64,000 nucleotides of DNA from Flectonema sp. DT1601 (GCA_964019425.1 OZ025781.1:1240001-1304000); one strand, 5' to 3'; shown: positions 31,631-46,752, numbered from the stretch's first letter. A program made the numbers and translations. The notes: a model not told the origin generated them from the letters alone.

Positions 31631-34600
31631 GAACTGAGCTTATTTTTGTCTTTGGTGGTGTTTTCATTTGTTCTGTTCACCCTTTAGGTGGTGAATGTGT
31701 GTGTATTTTTAACGGGCAGGCAATGGCGGTTCACTTTGTCACATCACCTTTCCGAGCCCCCCTACCCCTTTTCCCCGTTAGCTCTTTTTTCAAAAAAAGT
31801 CAAAAAACCGGGTTTTACCCCCGTCCGTAATGGGTTAAAGAAAAAACAATCAGTTTAGCGTCTTGACCAGGACGGAAAATAGAAATTAGTCGACAAAGTC
31901 GATCGATAACAAAACAATGATAACATTGTTTATTCTTTTTTTTTTTTTTTTTTTTTTTATTCTTTTTATTTATTTTTTAAAGAAAAAACAATCAGTTTAG
32001 CGTCCTGACCAGGACGGAAAATAGAAAGTAATCGACATAGTCGATCGTTAAAAAAAAACAATGATAACATTGTTTAATCTTTTTTTTTTTTTTTTTTTTT
32101 TTTATTCTTTTTATTTATTTAGAAAAAACAATCAGTTTAGCGTCTTGACCAGGACGGAAAATAGAAATTAGTCGACAAAGTCGATCGATAAAAAAACAAT
32201 GATAACATTGTTTATTCTTTTTTTTTTTTTTTTTTTTAAATTCTTTTTATTTATTTTTTAAGAAAAAAAACGGAAAATAGAAATTAGTCGACAAAGTCGA
32301 ACGATAAAAAAAACTATGATAACATTGTTTATTCTTTTTTTTATTTTTTTTTTTCATATTCTTTTTTATTAATTTTGAAAAAAAAAAACAATCAGTTTAG
32401 CGTCTTGACCAGGACGGAAAATAGAAAGTAATCGACATAGTCGATCGATAAAAAAACAATGATAACATTGTTTATTCTTTTTTTTTTTTTTTTTTTTAAA
32501 TTCTTTTTATTTATTTTTTAAGAAAAAAAACGGAAAATAGAAATTAGTCGACAAAGTCGAACGATAAAAAAACAATGATAACATTGTTTATTCTTTTTTT
32601 TATTTTTTTTTTTCATATTCTTTTTTATTAATTTTGAAAAAAAAAAAAACAATCAGTTTAGCGTCTTGACCAGGACGGAAAATAGAAAGTAATCGACATA
32701 GTCGATCGATAAAAAAACAATGATAACATTGTTTATTCTTTTTTTTTTTTTTTATTTTTTAAATTCTTTTTATTTATTTTTTAAGAAAATAAAACGGAAA
32801 ATAGAAATTAGTCGACAAAGTCGAACGATAAAAAAACAATGATAACATTGTTTATTCTTTTTTTTATTTTTTTTTTTTTTATATTCTTTTTTATTAATTT
32901 TGAAAAAAAAAAAAAAAAACAATCAGTTTAGCGTCTTGACCAGGACGGAAAATAGAAAGTAATCGACATAGTCGATCGATAAAAAAACAATGATAACATT
33001 GTTTATTCTTTTTTTTTTTTTTTTTTTTTTAAATTCATTTTATTTATTTTTTAAGAAAAAAAACGGAAAATAGAAATTAGTCGACAAAGTCGAACGATAA
33101 AAAAAACAATGATAACATTGTTTATTCTTTTTTTTATTTTTTTTTTTTTTATATTCTTTTTTATTAATTTTGAAAAAAAAAAAACAATCAGTTTAGCGTC
33201 TTGACCAGGACGGAAAATAGAAAGTAATCGACATAGTCGATCGATAAAAATACAATGATAACATTGTTTAATCTTTTATAATTTTTTATTTTTTTTTTGT
33301 TTTAAAAAAAAAAAAAAAAAACAAGCGGAATTGATCATAATGGGTGGTAGGTGTTGTTATAACTTCGTTTAAAAATTCTTCTTTTTTGATTTCTTTTTTT
33401 TTTTTCTTTTTACAGGAGTTAAGATCACTGTCAGGAGACAACACATTAACAAGAGCAGCAAGCAGAGTTGACACTATCAATTCAAATTTGAAATACCGGG
33501 AATTAATTTACAAGGGGGTATCTCAAGTGACTTGGTATCTCTAGCGTGTCGGTATCTCTGGAGTGCTGGTATCTCGTATGTGCGTTGGTATCTCATGAGT
33601 GATGGTATCTCTTGTGCATTAGAGAAGCGAAAAAGAATGTCATGACCATGACGGAAGAATTGAGGAATTGAGTTAACATGTTCAATTTAACTTATTTAAA
33701 CTTTTTTTTTTTTTTAACAGACCGTAACTATTTGAAAATAAAATGTAGATGGGAAACAGTGAAAAGTAAAATGGATGATAAAATTAAATGAGAAATATGA
33801 CATAACAGACCAGATAGAGAGTATTAAAAGGAAATTGAAAAGGAAAAGAGAAACTAGGTTAACACTTATTTAAAATTAAGACCGGTTAGTCAGTTTAAGG
33901 TCTTGACTAGGACCAACAAAAAAGAAAGAAAAAAAATTAACGATCAAGCTGAGCTGATCTTGTTTTTATTACAAATAGGGGAGCGGGAGGGATGGAAGGA
34001 ATAGAGGAAAAAAAAAGAAAAGGTTGATCATTTGGATCTGATCGTCGAGAAGAAGAAATTATTTTAAAGGTTGATCGGTATAGCCGATCGTTGAGAAAAA
34101 TAACCAGATATAAATACAATCAGTTTAAATTAAAAAAAGAAAAAAAGATTAACGATCAAGCTGAGCTGATCTTGTTTTTATTTAAAATTAGGGGAGCGGG
34201 AGGGATGGAAGGAATAAAGGAAAAAAAAAAAAAAAGGTCGATCAATTGGAACTGATCGTCGAGAAGAAGAAAACAATTATTTATAAAAAAAAAAATGGTC
34301 GGTATAGCCGGTCGTTGAGAAAAGAACAGATATAAATACAATCGGTTTTGGTGATCGACGAGTGGAGCGATCACTTGACAAGAAGGAAAAAGAAAGGACC
34401 GATTAATTGGGGCTTTGATTGTATTCCCAAGGCATGTTTTTTTTTTTTTTTTTTATTATTCATTTACATTATTATTTTTTTTTTTTTTTTTAAATTAATA
34501 ATCACATTTTGTTCAAAAATATTTCATATTAGAGTAAAAGAAAAAGAAAAAAAGAAATAAGAGAAAAAAAAAAAAAAAAAAAACCATTGCTGGCCCCCTC

Positions 34601-34719
34601 ACCACTCATAGAGGATGAGGAGGCCAGTAAGGCGTCACTCAAATCTATGCCAAGCCTTGGGAACTTGGATTGGGGTTTAGACCATTTATAATTAACAATT
34701 AACAATTAACCTGATTAAC

Positions 34720-37700
34720 GTTGGTCCTAGTCAAGACCTTAAACTGACTAATCGGTCTTAACTTTAACTAAGTGAATGAACCCTTCCCGTTTTCCTTTTC
34801 CCTTTATTACTCTCTATCTGGTCTGTTATGTCATAAATCTCATTTAATTTTATCATTCATTTTAATTTTCACTGTTTCCCATCTACATTTTATTTTCAAA
34901 TAGTTCCGGTCTGTCTTTAATGTTAAATAAAACTGATCATGTTAACTCAATATTTTTTTTTTTTTTTTTATGTGCAAGAGATACCAACACGCAAGAGATA
35001 CCAACGCACATACGAGATACCAGCACTTCCGAGATACCGACACACAAGAGATACCAAGACACTTAAGATACCAGCAAGGACAATGAGAGGTAGAATGAAC
35101 TCTCCTCCTTGTGTCCGATCCTGATTATTTTTTGTTGAATTGGTAGTGTTACCTCAGTTTGCGACTCTCGTATCTGTGTTGTGTTAACTCATGTAAGTGA
35201 TCTTAACTCCTGTTAAAAAATAAATAAAAAGAATTTAAAATAAAAAAAAAGAATAAACAATGTTATCATTGTTTTTTTTATCGTTCGACTTTGTCGACTA
35301 ATTTCTATTTTCAGTTTTTTTTTCTTTAAAAAATAAATAAAAAGAATTTAAAATAAAAAAAAAGAATAAACAATGTTATCATTGTTTTTTTTTTATCGAT
35401 CGACTATGTCGATTACTTTCTATTTTCCGTCCTGGTCAAGACGCTAAACTGATTGTTTTTTTTTTTTTTCAAAATTAATAGAAAAGAATAAAAAAAAAAA
35501 ATAAAAAAAAGAATAAACAATGTTATCATTGTTTTTTTTTATCGTTCGACTTTGTCGACTAATTTCTATTTTCCGTTTTTTTTTTCTTTAAAAAATAAAT
35601 AAAAAGAATTTAAAATAAAAAAAAAGAATAAACAATGTTATCATTGTTTTTTTATCGATCGACTATGTCGATCACTTTCTATTTTCCGTCCTGGTCAAGA
35701 CGCTAAACTGATTGTTTTTTTTTTTTAATAAATAAAAAGAAATAAAAAAAAAAAAAAAAGAATAAACAATGTTATCATTGTTTTTTTATCGTTCGACTTT
35801 GTCGACTAATTTCTATTTTCCGTTTTTTTTCCTTTAAAAAATAAATAAAAAGAATTTAAAAAAAAAAAAGAATAAACAATGTTATCATTGTTTTTTTATC
35901 GATCGACTATGTCGATTACTTTCTATTTTCCGTCCTGGTCAAGACGCTAAACTGATTGTTTTTTTTTTTTTTTTTTTTTCAAAATTAATAAAAAAGAATA
36001 TAAAAAAAGAATAAACAATGTTATCATTGTTTTTTTTTTTATCGTTCGACTTTGTCGACTAATTTCTATTTTCCGTTTTTTTTTTCTTTAAAAAATAAAT
36101 AAAAAGAATTTAAAATAAAAAAAAAGAATAAACAATGTTATCATTGTTTTTTTATCGATCGACTATGTCGATCACTTTCTATTTTCCGTCCTGGTCAAGA
36201 CGCTAAACTGATTGTTTTTTTTTTTTAAATAAAAAGAAATAAAAAAAAAAAAAAAAAAGAATAAACAATGTTATCATTGTTTTTTTATCGTTCGACTTTG
36301 TCGACTAATTTCTATTTTCCGTTTTTTTTTCTTTAAAAAATAAATAAAAAGAATTTGAGTTGAGTTTACCAGGTGAGATTTGGACTGTTAGCTTTTGGCT
36401 AAGGCCCTCCCTGAAGAGCAAGAACAAAAAAACTACTCACACCTGAAGAAAACATACACAAAGAACACACTGTAAGCTGTGTGTGTATTTTGTGTTTGTC
36501 ACAACAGGAGAGAAAAGAAAGAATGTCAAGGTTGGTCACCTTGCCTATCAACGCACAACATTGGTGGTCTCTACTAGACCCTGAGTGATCCCACTGGATC
36601 TCTCATCGTTCATAGTACCCTATGTGAAGTTATAAAATCAAAGGTAAACTATGAACTACAAATGACTTAGCCTGTTATTATAATGCCACAGGCAGGCCCT
36701 GCATTCAGCAACTATCCAGCAGTGCTTGAATGTCCTGATCTTCTTCTAAAAAAAAGAAAGAAAAACAAAACTGTAGCTGGGATCACTCAGGATCAACAGA
36801 CTACCAATGCTACCTGTTGTACTTGCTCACTATGGTGGGTGATGCCAAACACCCAGAAGTACTAAACTGCTTTCCTTCTTGCTGCCCAGGGGTTTCTGAC
36901 CAGAACTAATAGAAAATAAAAACAGATGGGAAACAATAAAAAGTAAAATGAATATAACTGAAGTTAAACAAGAATGTTGGTCCTAGACAAGACCTTAAAC
37001 TGACTAACCGGTCTTAATTTTAACTAAGTGTTAACCTAGTTTCCTAGTTTCTAATATGAAATCTTTTTTCTTTTTTTTTCTTTTTGAACAAAATGTAATT
37101 ATTAATGTAAAAAAATGAAGAAACAGACCAGAACAGATAGAGAATAAAAAAGAAAAGATAATTGCAAGAGTTATTGTAGTAAAAGATTACAAATAAAAAA
37201 AAAATGCAAGTATCAACACATGATCGAGATACACCAGCAGCTAACAAACAACATAAAATTGAAGATCAGTTGCCAGAGTATTTCAACCATGGTAGAATAC
37301 TCGCCCCTCTGGCAGGGATTATCCCAGACTTGTCCTTTAATTTAGTTGGACACCATGGCTTACAACCCTTCCAGAGGGAAGCACCATTATGACTTCTATT
37401 TTTTTTCTTCAAGAAAATCATAAGGTGGTAACAAAGAAAAATGCTAAGAGGAACCCCTTATTAACACCTAAGACATCTAAACTGCAGCCCAGCTTATGCC
37501 CAATGCACTAACAGGTCATTCCCTCACACTCAGATCAAAAAATCAAAGTTCAGAGTGCATCTTAGCATGAATGAGAGAATTTCCTCCCGCTTTTTTTGAA
37601 TAAAAGGGATAGGAGAAGGGATAGAAAACGAACATAACAATAAGATTCTAAGTGAGAAACACTTAGCAGAAATACTTAGCAGCTTTTAAGGAGCTGAAAA

Positions 37701-39822
37701 GCAAAAAAAAAATCTAAGTGAGAAACACTTAGTAGAAACACTTTGTAGCTAATTGAGCTGAAAATAAAAAAATAAAAAAATTTCTAAGTGAGAGATACTT
37801 AGCAACTTTTAGAACAAATATTTCAGTAAATAACCTGTTGAAATGGTAGTTAATGTAACCATTACAGGTTTGATGCCAATACTGACAAAGACTGAGTTGA
37901 GTTTACCAGGTGAGATTTGGACTGTTAGCTTTTGGCTAAGGCCCTCCCTGAAGAGCAAGAACAAAAAAACTACTCACACCTGAAGAAAACATACACAAAG
38001 AACACACTGTAAGCTGTGTGTGTATTTTGTGTTTGTCACAACAGGAGAGAAAAGAAAGAATGTCAAGGTTGGTCACCTTGCCTATCAACGCACAACATTG
38101 GTGGTCTCTACTAGACCCTGAGTGATCCCACTGGATCTCTCATCGTTCATAGTACCCTATGTGAAGTTATAAAATCAAAGGTAAACTATGAACTACAAAT
38201 GACTTAGCCTGTTATTATAATGCCACAGGCAGGCCCTGCATTCAGCAACTATCCAGCAGTGCTTGAATGTCCTGATCTTCTTCTAAAAAAAAGAAAGAAA
38301 AACAAAACTGTAGCTGGGATCACTCAGGATCAACAGACTACCAATGCTACCTGTTGTACTTGCTCACTATGGGGGGTGATGCCAAACACCCAGAAGTACT
38401 AAACTGCTTTCCTTCTTGCTGCCCAGGGGTTTCTGACCAGAACTAATAGAAAATAAAAACAGATGGGAAACAATAAAAAGTAAAATGAATATAACTGAAG
38501 TTAAACAAGAATGTTGGTCCTAGACAAGACCTTAAACTGACTAACCGGTCTTAATTTTAACTAAGTGTTAACCTAGTTTCCTAGTTTCTAATATGAAATC
38601 TTTTTTCTTTTTTTTTCTTTTTGAACAAAATGTAATTATTAATGTAAAAAAATGAAGAAACAGACCAGAACAGATAGAGAATAAAAAAGAAAAGATAATT
38701 GCAAGAGTTATTGTAGTAAAAGATTACAAATAAAAAAAAAATGCAAGTATCAACACATGATCGAGATACACCAGCAGCTAACAAACAACATAAAATTGAA
38801 GATCAGTTGCCAGAGTATTTCAACCATGGTAGAATACTCGCCCCTCTGGCAGGGATTATCCCAGACTTGTCCTTTAATTTAGTTGGACACCATGGCTTAC
38901 AACCCTTCCAGAGGGAAGCACCATTATGACTTCTATTTTTTTTCTTCAAGAAAATCATAAGGTGGTAACAAAGAAAAATGCTAAGAGGAACCCCTTATTA
39001 ACACCTAAGACATCTAAACTGCAGCCCAGCTTATGCCCAATGCACTAACAGGTCATTCCCTCACACTCAGATCAAAAAATCAAAGTTCAGAGTGCATCTT
39101 AGCATGAATGAGAGAATTTCCTCCCGCTTTTTTTGAACAAAAGGGATAGGAGAAGGGATAGAAAACGAACATAACAATAAGATTCTAAGTGAGAAACACT
39201 TAGCAGAAATACTTAGCAGCTTTTAAGGAGCTGAAAAGCAAAAAAAAAAATCTAAGTGAGAAACACTTAGTAAAATAAAAAAAAAAGAATAAACAATGTT
39301 ATCATTGTTTTTTTATCGATCGACTATGTCGATTACTTTCTATTTTCCGTCCTGGTCAAGACGCTAAACTGATTGTTTTTTTTTTTTTTTTTTTTTCAAA
39401 ATTAATAAAAAAGAATATAAAAAAAAAAATAAAAAAAAGAATAAACAATGTTATCATTGTTTTTTTTATCGTTCGACTTTGTCGACTAATTTCTATTTTC
39501 CGTTTTTTTTTCTTTAAAAAATAAATAAAAAGAATTTAAAATAAAAAAAAAAGAATAAACAATGTTATCATTGTTTTTTTATCGATCGACTATGTCGATC
39601 ACTTTCTATTTTCCGTCCTGGTCAAGACGCTAAACTGATTGTTTTTTTTTTTTTTTTTCAAAATTAATAAAAAAGAATATAAAAAAAATACAAAAAAAAG
39701 AATAAACAATGTTATCATTTTTTTTTTTTATCGTTCGACTTTGTCGACTAATTTCTATTTTCCGTTTTTTTTCTTTAAAAAATAAATAAAAAGAATTTAA
39801 AATAAAAAAAAAAAGAATAAAC
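34720..39822 (+). mobile_element. Family C internal copy (pseudoknot module plus satellite B), interrupted by family A
   Basis: 34720-35220 matches 20678-21170; satellite at 35220-36356 and 39273-39822. Confidence 0.82.
36357..39272 (-). mobile_element. Family A, ~1.9 tandem units (period 1537; each unit has an antisense family C fragment)
   Basis: Units start 36357 and 37894; both carry TGTTGGTCCTAGACAAGACC... insert absent from other copies. Confidence 0.9.
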
Positions 39823-40350
39823 GAATTTCGATAAGTGGGAAGTAACGGACTGGGAGCTTTTGGCTCCTGCCCTATTCCCGATGTAAACTTTCTTTTTATT
39901 TTTATTTTTTTTTTTAACAGGCCCAAAGGGCGACAATGATGGTTGCTGACCAAGGAATAATATTCAAATGAATTTTCGTTTCAAAGAAACGAACAGAATT
40001 GAGAGAGAGGCAGAGAAAAAAAAAAAAAAAAAAAAGAAAGAATAGAAAAAGAAAAATATGAAGAGGAAATAATCAAACATGAAAAAAAAAAAAAAAAAAA
40101 ATATAAATAAAAAACGTTGTATGAAAAAGGAAAAAAAGAAAAAAAAAGACCAGAAAAGGAAAGAGAAAATGAAAAGGTATAATATTATTGTGGGGATATG
40201 AGGGATAGCAGGGAGATGCTCTTTTTTTTTTTTTTTTTTTTATTATTTAAAAAAAGGAAACAATCAGTTTAGCGTCTCGATCAGGACGGAAAATAGAAAA
40301 TTAATCGACATAGTCGATCGATAGAAAAAAAAAAATGATAACATTGTTTA

Positions 40351-40385
<35 letters not shown>

Positions 40386-42730
40386 CTTTTAATTATTTTA
40401 AAGAAAAAACAATCAGTTTAGCGTCTTGACCAGGACGGAAAATAGAAAGTAATCGACATAGTCGATCGATAAAAAAAACAATGATAACATTGTTTATTCT
40501 TTTTTTTTTTTTTTTTTTTTTAAATTCTTTTTATTTATTTTTTAAGAAAAAAAACGGAAAATAGAAATTAGTCAACAAAGTCGAACGATAAAAAAACAAT
40601 GATAACATTGTTTATTCTTTTTTTTATTTTTTTTTTTTTATATTCTTTTTTATTAATTTTGAAAAAAAAACAATCAGTTTAGCGTCTTGACCAGGACGGA
40701 AAATAGAAAGTGATCGACATAGTCAATCGATAAAAAAACAATGATAACATTGTTTATTCTTTTTTTTTATTTTAAATTCTTTTTATTTATTTTTTAAAGA
40801 AAAAAAAAACGGAAAATAGAAATTAGTCGACAAAGTCGAACGATGAAAAAAAACAATGATAACATTGTTTATTCTTTTTTTTATTTTTTTTTTTTTTTAT
40901 TCTTTTTTATTAATTTTGAAAAAAAAAACAATCAGTTTAGCGTCTTGACCAGGACGGAAAATAGAAAGTAATCGACATAGTCGATCGATAAGAAAACAAT
41001 GATAACATTGTTTATTCTTTTTTTTTATTTTAAATTCTTTTTATTTATTTTAAAATCGAACGATGAAAAAAAACAATGATAACATTGTTTAATCTTTTTT
41101 TTATTTTTTTTTTTTTATATTCTTTTTTATTAATTTTGAAAAAAAAAAAAAAACAATCAGTTTAGCGTCTTGACCAGGACGGAAAATAGAAAGTAATCGA
41201 CATAGTCGATCGATAAAAAAAACAATGATAACATTGTTTATTCTTTTTTTTTTTTTTTTTTTTTTAAATTCTTTTTATTTATTTTTTAAGAAAAAAAACG
41301 GAAAATAGAAATTAGTCAACAAAGTCGAACGATAAAAAAACAATGATAACATTGTTTATTCTTTTTTTTATTTTTTTTTTTTTATATTCTTTTTTATTAA
41401 TTTTGGAAAAAAAAAAAAAAAACAATCAGTTTAGCGTCTTGACCAGGACGGAAAATAGAAAGTAATCGACATAGTCGATCGATAAAAATACAATGATAAC
41501 ATTGTTTAATCTTTTATAATTTTTTATTTTTTTTTTGTTTTAAAAAAAAAAAAAAAAAAACAAGCGGAATTGATCATAATGGGTGGTAGGTGTTGTTAAA
41601 ACTTCGTTTGAAAATTCTTCTTTTTTGATTTCTTTTTTTTTTTTTCTTTTTACAGGAGTTAAGATCACTGTCAGGAGACAACACATTAACAAGAGCAGCA
41701 AGCAGAGTTGACACTATCAATTCAAATTTGAAATACCGGGAATTAATTTACAAGGAGGTATCTCAAGTGACTTGGTATCTCTAGCGTGTCGGTATCTCTG
41801 GAGTGCTGGTATCTCGTATGTGCGTTGGTATCTCATGAGTGATGGTATCTCTTGTGCATTTAGAGAAACGAAAAAGAATGTCATGACCATGACGGAAGAA
41901 TTGAGGAATTGAGTTAACATGTTCAATTTAACTTATTTAAACTTTTTTTTTTTTTTAACAGACCGTAACTATTTGAAAATAAAATGTAGATGGGAAACAG
42001 TGAAAAGTAAAATGGATGATAAAATTAAATGAGAAATATGACATAACAGACCAGATAGAGAGTATTAAAAGGAAATTGAAAAGGAAAAGAGAAACTAGGT
42101 TAACACTTATTTAAAATTAAGATCGGTTAGTCAGTTTAAGGTCTTGACTAGGACCAACAAAAAAGAAAGAAAAAAAATTAACGATCAAGCTGAGCTGATC
42201 TTGTTTTTATTACAAATAGGGGAGCGGGAGGGATGGAAGGAATAGAGGAAAAAAAAAGAAAAGGTTGATCATTTGGATCTGATCGTCGAGAAGAAGAAAT
42301 TATTTTAAAGGTTGATCGGTATAGCCGATCGTTGAGAAAAATAAACAGATATAAATACAATCAGTTTAAATTAAAAAAAGAAAAAAAGATTAACGATCAA
42401 GCTGAGCTGATCTTGTTTTTATTTACAATTAGGGGAGCGGGAGGGATGGAAGGAATAAAGGAAAAAAAAAAAAAAGGTCGATCAATTGGAACTGATCGTC
42501 GAGAAGAAGAAAACAATTATTTATATAAAAAAAAAATGGTCGGTATAGCCGATCGTTGAGAAAAGAACAGATATAAATACAATCGGTTTTGGTGATCGTC
42601 GAGTGGAGCGATCACTTGACAAGAAGGAAAAAGAAAGGACCGATTAATTGGGGCTTTGATTGTATTCCCAAGGCATGTTTTTTTTTTTTTTTTTATTCAT
42701 TTACATTATTATTTTTTTTTTTTTTTTTTA
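39823..42730 (-). mobile_element. Family C copy with fixed 3' end at 39823
   Basis: Collinear with 22211-34500 minus the piggyBac, with a shorter satellite. Confidence 0.88.
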
Positions 42731-42742
42731 AAAGTTTAAAAG

Positions 42743-43355
42743 TTATCATTGTTTTCTTATCGATCGACTATGTCGATCGCTTTCTATTTTCCGTCCTGGT
42801 CAAGACGCTAAACTGATTGTTTTTTTTTCAAAATTAATTAAAAAAAAAATATAAAAAAAATAAAAAAAAAGAATAAACAATGTTATCATTGTTTTTTTAT
42901 CGTTCGACTTTGTCGACTAATTTCTATTTTCCGTTTTTTTTTCTTTAAAAAATAAATAAAAAGAATTTAAAAAAAAAGATTAAACAATGTTATCATTGTT
43001 TTTTTATCGATCGACTATGTCGATTACTTTCTATTTTCCGTCCTGGTCAAGACGCTAAACTGATTGTTTTTTTTTTCAAAATTAATAAAAAAGAATATAA
43101 AAAAAAAAAACAAAAAAAAAAAGAATAAACAATGTTATCATTGTTTTTTTTTTTATCGTTCGACTTTGTCGACTAATTTTTATTTTCCGTTTTTTTTTCT
43201 TTAAAAATAAATAATAAGAATTTAAAAAAAAATAAAAAAAATGAATAAACAATGTTATCATTGTTTTTTTATCGATCGACTATGTCGATCACTTTCTATT
43301 TTCCGTCCTGGTCAAGACGCTAAACTGATTGTTTTTTCTTTAAAATAATTAAAAG

Positions 43356-43390
<35 letters not shown>

Positions 43391-43503
43391 TAAACAATGT
43401 TATCATTGTTTTTTTTTCTATCGATCGACTATGTCGATTAATTTCTATTTTCCGTCCCGATCGAGACGCTAAACTGATTGTTTCCTTTTTTTAAATAATA
43501 AAT

Positions 43504-43535
<32 letters not shown>

Positions 43536-43938
43536 ATCTCCCTGCTATCCTCATATCCCCACAATAATATTATACCTTTTCATCTTCTCTTTCCTTTTCT
43601 GGTCTTTTTTTTTTTTTTTTCTTTTTTTTCCTTTTTCATACAACGTTTTTTATTTATATTTTATTTTTTTTTTTTTATTTTTTTCATGTTTGATTATTTC
43701 CTCTTCATATTTTTTTTTTCTTTTCTTTTTTTTTTTTTTTTTTTCTCTGCCTCTCTCTTAATTCTGTTCGTTTCTTTGAAACGAAAATTCATTTGAATAT
43801 TATTCCTTGGTCAGCAACAGTCATTGTCGCCCTCTGGGCCTGTTAAAAAAAAAAAAAAAAAATAAAAAGAAAGTTTACATCGGGAATAGGGCAGGAGCCA
43901 AAAGCTCCCAGTCCGTTACTTCCCACTCTATCGAATTC
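42743..43938 (+). mobile_element. Family C, 5'-truncated (satellite plus 3' module)
   Basis: Ends CCCACTCTATCGAATTC at 43938. Confidence 0.88.
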
Positions 43939-45005
43939 ATGATCTGACGGACATAAACATATCGATAAAATAATACAAACAAAAACGAACAATAAATAAT
44001 AAATAAGCTAAAAAACTAAATAAACAAAGTGATGTGAAAGTAAGGAAAAAGAGAATTACAAGGGGGTGGAGTCACCGTGAACGTCATCAGCAGAACATCT
44101 CCTTCGATTGTAACGATATCTTGATGGAGGGGTTCGTTTTTTCAGAGTTGAACGCTCAGACTTTCTCGGCGGAGTTTCATTTTCCTCATGTTCTTCTGTG
44201 TCTGGCGGACTCAAACCTTCTGCCCATGAAGCTAATTGGAACTTCAGGGCCGCAATTTGAGACCGTGCCAAAGCGAGTTGAGCATTTAAATCGCTCGCCA
44301 GTCCCGTTAACATCATGGATTGCTCAAGCTGCTCTGCGTGAGTTGTACACCGTTGGTGATTCAGCTCCGAGAGGCGAAGTTGGGCATCCAGAAGTTGTTC
44401 TGAGAGCTCTGCCGCTTTCTCGTTTGTTTCGAGAGAGTCATCTACTGCTCGACAGTAATTCTCGAGTAAGTCAATCCTACCCTCGGACCATTGTCTCGCA
44501 ATAGGTGTATTCTCTTTAACGGAGATAACGTGACTCTCTTGTCGTAAAATCTTGGTCGGCGTGCGGTCGAGAGCTTCACTCTGCGGCATTGTCGGAGGAA
44601 TTGAGGCTAGAGGACAAAGAGGGGTGATATAATTAAGGGTAGGGATAAGGGGTTTAATAAGAGGAGTAAAAAGACTACTCGTAGTTGTAAAGAGCGAGAG
44701 GTAGTTCTTTGCTATCTTCATCATAGCAACAGATTCATACAGAACGGGGGTTCGGGGGGAAACTTGTTGACTAAAGTGGGTCATACGGGGACGCGCGGCA
44801 CGCAAACTCTCGACCTCCTGTTGAGTATAGAAAAGTCTAATTTTACTTTCTCTTTCCATTACATTTGGTCTCCAATTCGTTCGACAGAAGAACAAACCTT
44901 TGATGGTAATTAAAGAGCGCCATTTCCGATAGGTCTGCTCTCTGAGTCAGATTTGCGAGCTCACGTTTCCTGTAATCTTCCACTAAGTCATATTGTCGAA
45001 CTAGT
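43939..45005 (-). pseudogene. 5'-truncated copy of the HERO-like element C-terminal extension and 3' UTR
   Basis: Reverse complement of 59133-60197 with small indels. Confidence 0.9.
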
Positions 45006-45489
45006 CTATTCTATACTTATTACTCTTCTGTCCTAACGGAACGAAAAATGAAAAAGGTCCTCCCTTAGCTGAAATGCACTCTGCACCCTAGTCTTTGGAT
45101 TAGGAATGTCTATATCGATCTTTTAGCTCTCGTTGCATAAGTGATCACTATGTTTGAGATGTTATTCTGTATCAGTACATTATTAATTAAAACATTAATT
45201 CCTTTCCTTAGCAAATTTTGCTTAATCCTCATTGAACTTACTTAAACTTTAATCTTTTTCCCACCCTCCCACCCTGGGTGTTTCTTCCTGAGGTCCTCTA
45301 ATTGTTTACCCTTTTGTATGGCTTGTTGCACCTCTTGCCTCGGTGCTTTTCAAAGTCTTAGTAATCGACCTCTCGAAGAATGTAACATTACCCCGACGTT
45401 AGTGAGTATTTGTTTAATTTGTTTCCTCTGTGAAATTAATATTCTTTATTTTATCAAGTCATATCACAAAATGGATGAAGATGGTTATT

Positions 45490-46280
45490 CCTACTCACAC
45501 CTGAAGAAAACATACACAAAGAACACACTGTAAGCTGTGTGTGTATTTTGTGTTTGTCACAACAGGAGGGAAAAGAAAGAATGTCAAGGTTGGTCACCTT
45601 GCCTATCAACGCACAACATTGGTGGTCTCTACATAGTACCCTGTGTGAAGTTATAAAATCAAAGGTAAACTATGAACTACAAATGACTTAGCCTGTTATT
45701 ATAATGCCACAGGCAGGCCCTGCATTCAGAAATAGAAAGTGATCGACATAGTCGATCGATAAAAAATCAAGACGCTAAACTGATTGTTTTTTTTTTCAAA
45801 ATTAATAAATAAGAATATAAAAAAAAAACAAAAAAAAAAAGAATAAACAATGTTATCATTGTTTTTTTTTATCGTTCGACTTTGTCGACTAATTTTTATT
45901 TTCCGTTTTTTTTTTCTTTAAAAAATAAATAATAAGAATTTAAAAAAAAAAAAAAGAATAAACAATGTTATCATTGTTTTTTTATCGATCGACTATGTCG
46001 ATTAATTTCTATTTTCCGTCCCGATCGAGACGCTAAACTGATTGTTTCCTTTTTTTTAAATAATAAATAAAAAAAAAAAAAAAAAAAAAAAGAGCATCTC
46101 CCTGCTACCCTCATATCCCCACAATAATATTATACCTTTTCATTTTCTCTTTCCTTTTCTGGTCTTTTTTTTTTTTCTTCTTTTTTTTCCTTTTTCATAC
46201 AACGTTTTTTATTTATATTTTATTTTTTTTTATTTTTTTCATGTTTGATTATTTCCTCTTCATATTTTTTTTTTTTTTTT

Positions 46281-46314
<34 letters not shown>

Positions 46315-46502
46315 TCTGCCTCTCTCTTAATTCTGTTCGTTTCTTTGAAACGAAAATTCATTTGAATATTATTCCTTGGTCAGCAACAGTCATTGTCGCC
46401 CTCTGGGCCTGTTAAAAAAAAAAAAATAAAAAGAAAGTTTACATCGGGAATAGGGCAGGAGCCAAAAGCTCCCAGTCCGTTACTTCCCACTCTATCGAAT
46501 TC
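45490..46502. mobile_element. Family A fragment (45490-45729) joined to a family C 3' copy (~45760-46502, +)
   Basis: Same CTGCATTCAG|AAATAGAAAGTGATCGAC junction as 16501; C end at 46502. Confidence 0.82.
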
Positions 46503-46752
46503 AGCCTTTTGTGGAGCTATCCACTCTGCGGTCTTTTTAGGCCCCTCTATCTCCTTTGCTTTATAAGACCCAATGTTTCTTCTCATCCAATTGCTTTTCT
46601 CAAGTTGCCTCTTCGGCATTCATTTGCCAACCACATTATTTATCAAAATATATATTATAAACAAGTAGTTACTCCGATTTTTCTGTTTTAGAGCGTAGCT
46701 CGTTTTCCTTTAAACAGTATTTACCAAAAAAAAACTCTAGGGTTAGCTGCCC

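Larger units (their letters stand above)
24327..31834 (+). mobile_element. piggyBac transposon (defective) with nested Penelope-like element
   Basis: TTAA at 24323-26 and 31835-38; TIRs CCCATTAAGGACGGGGG / CCCATTACGGACGGGGG (rc). Removal restores a normal satellite unit. Confidence 0.95.
22211..34722 (-). mobile_element. Family C, apparently full-length (~5 kb without the piggyBac), interrupted at TTAA
   Basis: 5' end AACGTTAATCAG (same as 60198); unique modules 34722-33270; satellite B 33270-31835 and 24326-22660; 3' module ending at GAATTTCGATAAAG (22211). Confidence 0.8.
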
